A stretch of 64,000 nucleotides of DNA from Squalus acanthias (lineage: Eukaryota), in assembly GCA_030390025.1 (NCBI GenBank), contig CM059432.1:95296001-95360000 (forward strand). Reading direction: 5' to 3'. The notes under the pieces were generated by a model. It saw only the letters and a list, made by a program, of their open reading frames with translations. It was not told the DNA's origin and searched no databases. A program made the position numbers and the translations under genes. This document shows positions 59,741-64,000 of the stretch, piece by piece (within the stretch, counting starts at the first letter, position 1; each line of letters starts with the position of its first letter).

Positions 59741-61583
59741 CTTTAAGAAGGAGATAGATCGATTTCTAGACGCAAAAGTCATCAAGGGGTATGGGGAGAG
59801 AGCAGGAATATGGTATTGAGATAGAGGATCAGCCATGATCATATTGAATGCTGGAGCAGGCTCGAAGGGCCGAATGGCCTACTCCTGCTCCTATTTTTCT
59901 ATGTTCTATGTTTCTATTGCCGTTCCTTCATCGTCGCTGGGTCAAAATCCTGGAACTCCCTTCCTGACAGCGCTGTGGGAGTACCTTTACCACAAGGGCT
60001 GTAGCGGTTTAAGAAGGCGGCTCACCATCACCTTCTCAAGGGAAATTACGGATGGGCAATAAATGCTGGCCTTGCCAGCGACGCCCACATCCCATGAACG
60101 AATAAAAAGAAGCAGAAATTTCCTCAAGTTAAATATTGGGAAGACCGAAGCCACTATCTTCAGTCCCCGCCACAAACTCTGTTCTGTAGCCACCTCATTG
60201 GCCACTGCCTGGCGCTGAACCAGACTGTTCACAACCTCGGCATATTTGACCCTGAGCTGAGCTTCTGACTCCACATCCTCTCCATCACCAAGACTGCCTA
60301 TTTCCACCTCCACAACATCGCCCGTCCCCGCCCCATCTCAGCTCATCTGCTGCTGAAATCATCAGGTAATAATGCCATTGTTACCTCCAGACTCATATAT
60401 TCCAATGCTCTCCTGGCCGGCCTCCCACCTTCCACCATCTGTAAACCTAAGCTCATCCAAAATTCTGCTGCCCGTATCTTAACTCGCACCAAGTCCCGTT
60501 CACCCATCACCACTGTACTCGCTCTTGGTCCTGCAACGCCTTGATTTTAAAATTCTCATGCTTGTTTTCAAATCCCTCCATGGCCTCGTCCCTCCCTATC
60601 TCTGTAACCTCCTCCAGCCCTACAACCTTCCGAGGTATCTGCGATCCTCCAATTCTGGCCTCCTGTGCATCCCCGATTTTCATTGTTCCACCATTGGTGG
60701 CCGTGCCTTCAGCTGCCTGGGCCCTAAGCTCAGGAATTCCCTCCCTAAACCTCTCCGCTTCTCTACCTCTTTCTCCTTTTTTAAGTCGCTCCTTAAAACC
60801 TACCTTTTTGACCAAGCTTTTGGTCACCTGTCCTCTGATCTCTTGATGTGGCTCATTGTCAAATCTTGTCTGATAACCTCCTGTGAAGCACCTTGGGACA
60901 TTTTTACTATGTTAAAGGTGCTAAATAAATGTAAGTTGTTGTTGGAGTACTGTGTGCAGTTTTGGGTGTACCATATAAAGGATATGAAAGACAAAGAGAT
61001 GATACAACATATCACCAAGATGATACCAGGGATAAGAAACTTAAAATTGTGGAAGTATTTCAACCAGAGCACAGAAGGCTCAGAGGAGAATACTTATTTT
61101 CCACCCCCCTTCCAACCCCCCACAAGGTAAGTGGAGTGCACCTTAAGTGCACGCTGCCTGATCTGACCTGAACCTGCCTGTATTTGAGGAAAATGAGACA
61201 ACAGGTGGCATGGCCTCACTGTAATCTCATTTCCATTTGTATCTGTTGTAGCCACAAGCGCTCCATACTGCTCTGGGGAAGCCCTTGTGCACCATAAAAA
61301 AGGCAGAGATCCAGCAAAAATCCGTTTCCGCTCCTTTTTCCTCGGCTTTGTACCAGGGAAATAACAAATCTCCCAGACCTCATGCTGTGGAGGGCAAAAT
61401 GGTTTACCATCCAGCTCGACCTCTGCCCGCACATCTCCCGCCAGGAGTTACAATCGGCCCTCTTGTGTGTGAAGTTCTTCCATTTTGACCACTAGTTCTG
61501 GATTTTGTCTTTCAAGTGAATTGCTGAGTTTAAATGTAGTATTGATCGCATATGTAACAGCAATTGAGATTGGTAGACTCTAT

Positions 61584-62304
61584 GGCTAGAATTTTACGTC
61601 TGGACCCGCTAGGAGTGGGGCCCTGGTAGAGCGCGGGAGTTTCCCCGCACGCTGTGGAGTTTTAACTCCGCAACGTGAGTGTGACATCATGGACAGGTTC
61701 CCCACACAGAAGTCAGCCTGATTGACAGGCTGGCTTCCAGTCGGGCAAGGAAACACTTGAGAAGAGGCCGCAGCCCCAGGTAGGTGTGAGCCCCAACCCC
61801 GGGTGCAGGGTGGGGGCTGACCCCGGGGGGGACTGATCCCTAACCCCGGGGGGTGGGGGTCCGTTCCCTGATGGAGGTGTGTCCGATCCAAGGGGGAGTC
61901 CAATCCCCAACTGGGGTGAGGGGAGCGGTTTGTATGGGGGAGGTTTGTATGGGGGAGGTTGATGGTGGGGGGGAGCTTGGGGGCACGGGAGGAAGCACTC
62001 CTGCTCCTCCCGGCCCTCAAGGATTGCTCCCCAAGCCTGTCCTCGCCTCACTGCAGCTGCCGGGAATCCTGAGGCCCGGGATCCCCTGCCGGCCACAGGT
62101 TAAATCTGAGGCTTTCAGCCTCATTAACATATTTAAAGTGCCAACCCACCTCCTGGGAGCGGGTTGGCTGCCCACCCCATCCCACCTTCGTTAAAACTGG
62201 AAGTGGGCAGGTTGGAGGCGGGTTGGGGTTGGGATTCAGATTTTTAACACTTTAACTTCCCACCCGACCTCAACCCACCCATTTTTGGGGTTAAAATTCC
62301 CCCC
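61584..62304. mobile_element. Harbinger-type MITE
   Basis: TIRs GGCTAGAATTTTA / TAAAATTCCCCCC; TAT at 61581-61583 and 62305-62307. Confidence 0.82.
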
Positions 62305-62523
62305 TATGTAATTATGTAATTCTACGTAATTTTTGAAAAGTGGTGACTAATATTCTACAAATCTAACCATATCCCCAATAGAAAAGAAACAAAAAAGAAA
62401 TTGCTCCTCCTTTTGTTTCACCCTGACTTATAAAACAGTCAGTTAAAATATTCCTTTAATCCATCAGAACCCTGTTATCTTGAAATTGTCAGTTTAGATT
62501 CCAGCATGACGCAGCATTGCCGT

Positions 62524-62590
62524 AATCCAATCCCTGGAGACCCAATCCAATCCCTGGAGACCCAATCCAATCCCTGGAGACCCAATCAAT
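62524..62590. repeat. 20-bp tandem repeat, 3 copies
   Basis: AATCCAATCCCTGGAGACCC x3 plus a partial copy. Confidence 0.95.
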
Positions 62591-63421
62591 CCAAGACAGG
62601 AATCTTGACTAAAGAAATGAACTAACTTTTGATTATGTAGAGCGCACTGTCATTCGATGTCAAATCAGTTCAAAGTATTGAGAGAAACCTTTCTAAAAAA
62701 TAGTCATTCATTGATAGTGGTAAGGCGAGAGGCCTAATTATAAACAATGTAAAGACAGCCTTTACCTCAGTAAAGCAGAAATCTTGAAGAGAGTTAGATG
62801 GCTTAACCACATGAACTATTGTGTTAGGAGAGATACGTAGGCTAGTACAGATAATACAGATAATAATGGTTTGTGTGGGAACTGCAGGCATTCACATAAC
62901 TTGGCAATTCAATCACATTTTTATCTGATGATGTCATAGAAAATGATAATGGTAAAGTTTTGGATTAGCATCACACCTGATGCTGCTAAAATCAGCAATT
63001 GGTCCAGGCTCCAGAGAAAAGAACAAAACAGAATCAAAAGCAAATTAGCTGGAAGACAAAGAGGTGTTAATGGAAATAATTGCACTCTGTTGTAAATACT
63101 GATTTAAAATGCATTATTTCACTTAGGACTTTGACATATTACAAATTGTAATACAGAGGAACTTTTATGCATTTGCCAAGATTTGCTAGGCACTGAGCAT
63201 CACCCTCCTTTGCTGATACACTTTAAAAAAAATGTTGTTGGTATGATAAGTTACTCACATGTAAAAAGATTGACAGCTGATTAACTGACAACCGAACTAA
63301 AGGGTTACCTATAGATACTGGTGTTGCTTTTCCTTATGAAAAAATTAACATTGTGTACTGTCAACTGCTTGTTTTATATTTTATGTTACTGTAGCAGCAT
63401 ATAAAGACAGCACCACATATA

Positions 63422-64000
63422 CAGTGAAACCTGTAAATTACGGACACCTAAGGGACTGGCATCAGCTGTCCTTTTTTTGCAGGTGTCCTTATTTTCAAAA
63501 AGGTCATTGTATGTACTGTAAACACTTTCCCAACAATCTTGAAGAACCAGCTGAGATTATGATCAGCTGCAACAATGCTAAGAACTTAAGTTTGGAAGCA
63601 GATATAATAACAAAACTGATGCACCAAGCAATGTTCCCCCTAATTTTTTTTGGGTGCGCAGCCCATTCACAATTTCATGCATGCGCGAAATTTAACATGG
63701 GAAAAGCCAGTCCCGGGCTGCGGCCGCGCAGCTTAGAGGGAACGTTGGTGCCAAGTACAGTACCGGTACAGTGGAACCTGTTTCTAACGACACTCTCAGA
63801 TGATGGACAACCGTATCGCGTGGGGTTGGGTGCATGCACATTTTCTGGCTTGCGTTATCAACAAGGTTGCTTTTGGAAGCAGGGATAGCAGCTGCAGGGA
63901 TGATTCAAATCCCGATACCGGCATGGACAAAAAGGAATCCAGTAACAATCCATCGGTCATCACGATCTCAGACTTAGATACAGTACGTACTTTGAACATT
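63422..64000. mobile_element. Possible old Tc1/pogo (Tigger-like) remnants
   Basis: TA|CAGTGAAACCTG at about 63422 and TA|CAGTGGAACCTG at about 63769 resemble Tigger-type termini. No coding motif was confirmed. Confidence 0.4.
63629..63747. mobile_element. hAT-type MITE (119 bp)
   Basis: TIRs CAATGTTCCCCCTAA / TTAGAGGGAACGTTG; 8-bp flanks GCACCAAG / GTGCCAAG. Confidence 0.75.

Larger units (their letters stand above)
57865..60110 (+). mobile_element. LINE family B copy interrupted by a SINE, a MITE and a CR1 tail (about 59742-59915)
   Basis: Collinear with 51374-53025. Confidence 0.88.
55655..60945 (+). mobile_element. L2 LINE (pieces at about 55655-55908, 57512-57864, 60112-60945) hosting an LTR and LINE-B
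   Basis: [59 protein letters not shown]. Confidence 0.9.

Noticed and set aside
62524..62590. CRISPR-like array (also 26615-26700 and 56517-56670)
   Set aside because: Head-to-tail repeats without unique spacers, in a eukaryotic context with no cas genes.

Overview
Repeat-dense vertebrate DNA, most likely from a cartilaginous fish (shark). This is inferred from an HE1-type V-SINE, Deu-domain SINEs and CR1 LINEs with octamer-like tails. No host protein-coding gene can be called with confidence; the window looks intronic or intergenic and is mostly nested transposable elements. The main items are: (i) a full-length Tx1-clade retrotransposon (26965-34102) inserted, with an 11-bp target duplication, inside the terminal inverted repeat (TIR) of a Harbinger-type MITE, which itself sits in a CR1; (ii) a structurally complete but inactivated PIF/Harbinger transposon (44192-48258) with a spliced Myb/SANT gene and a convergent DDE nuclease gene; (iii) a dozen or more non-autonomous or decayed Harbinger derivatives with 3-bp target-site duplications (TSDs); (iv) a 1.6-kb solo LTR with a 4-bp TSD; (v) CR1, L2, RTE and a second CR1-group LINE family, plus three SINE families with matching LINE tails; (vi) a 78-bp-arm fold-back palindrome inside a CR1. 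TSD and TIR coordinates were read by eye, and boundaries of decayed fragments are approximate. Family names come from motif recognition, not database searches.
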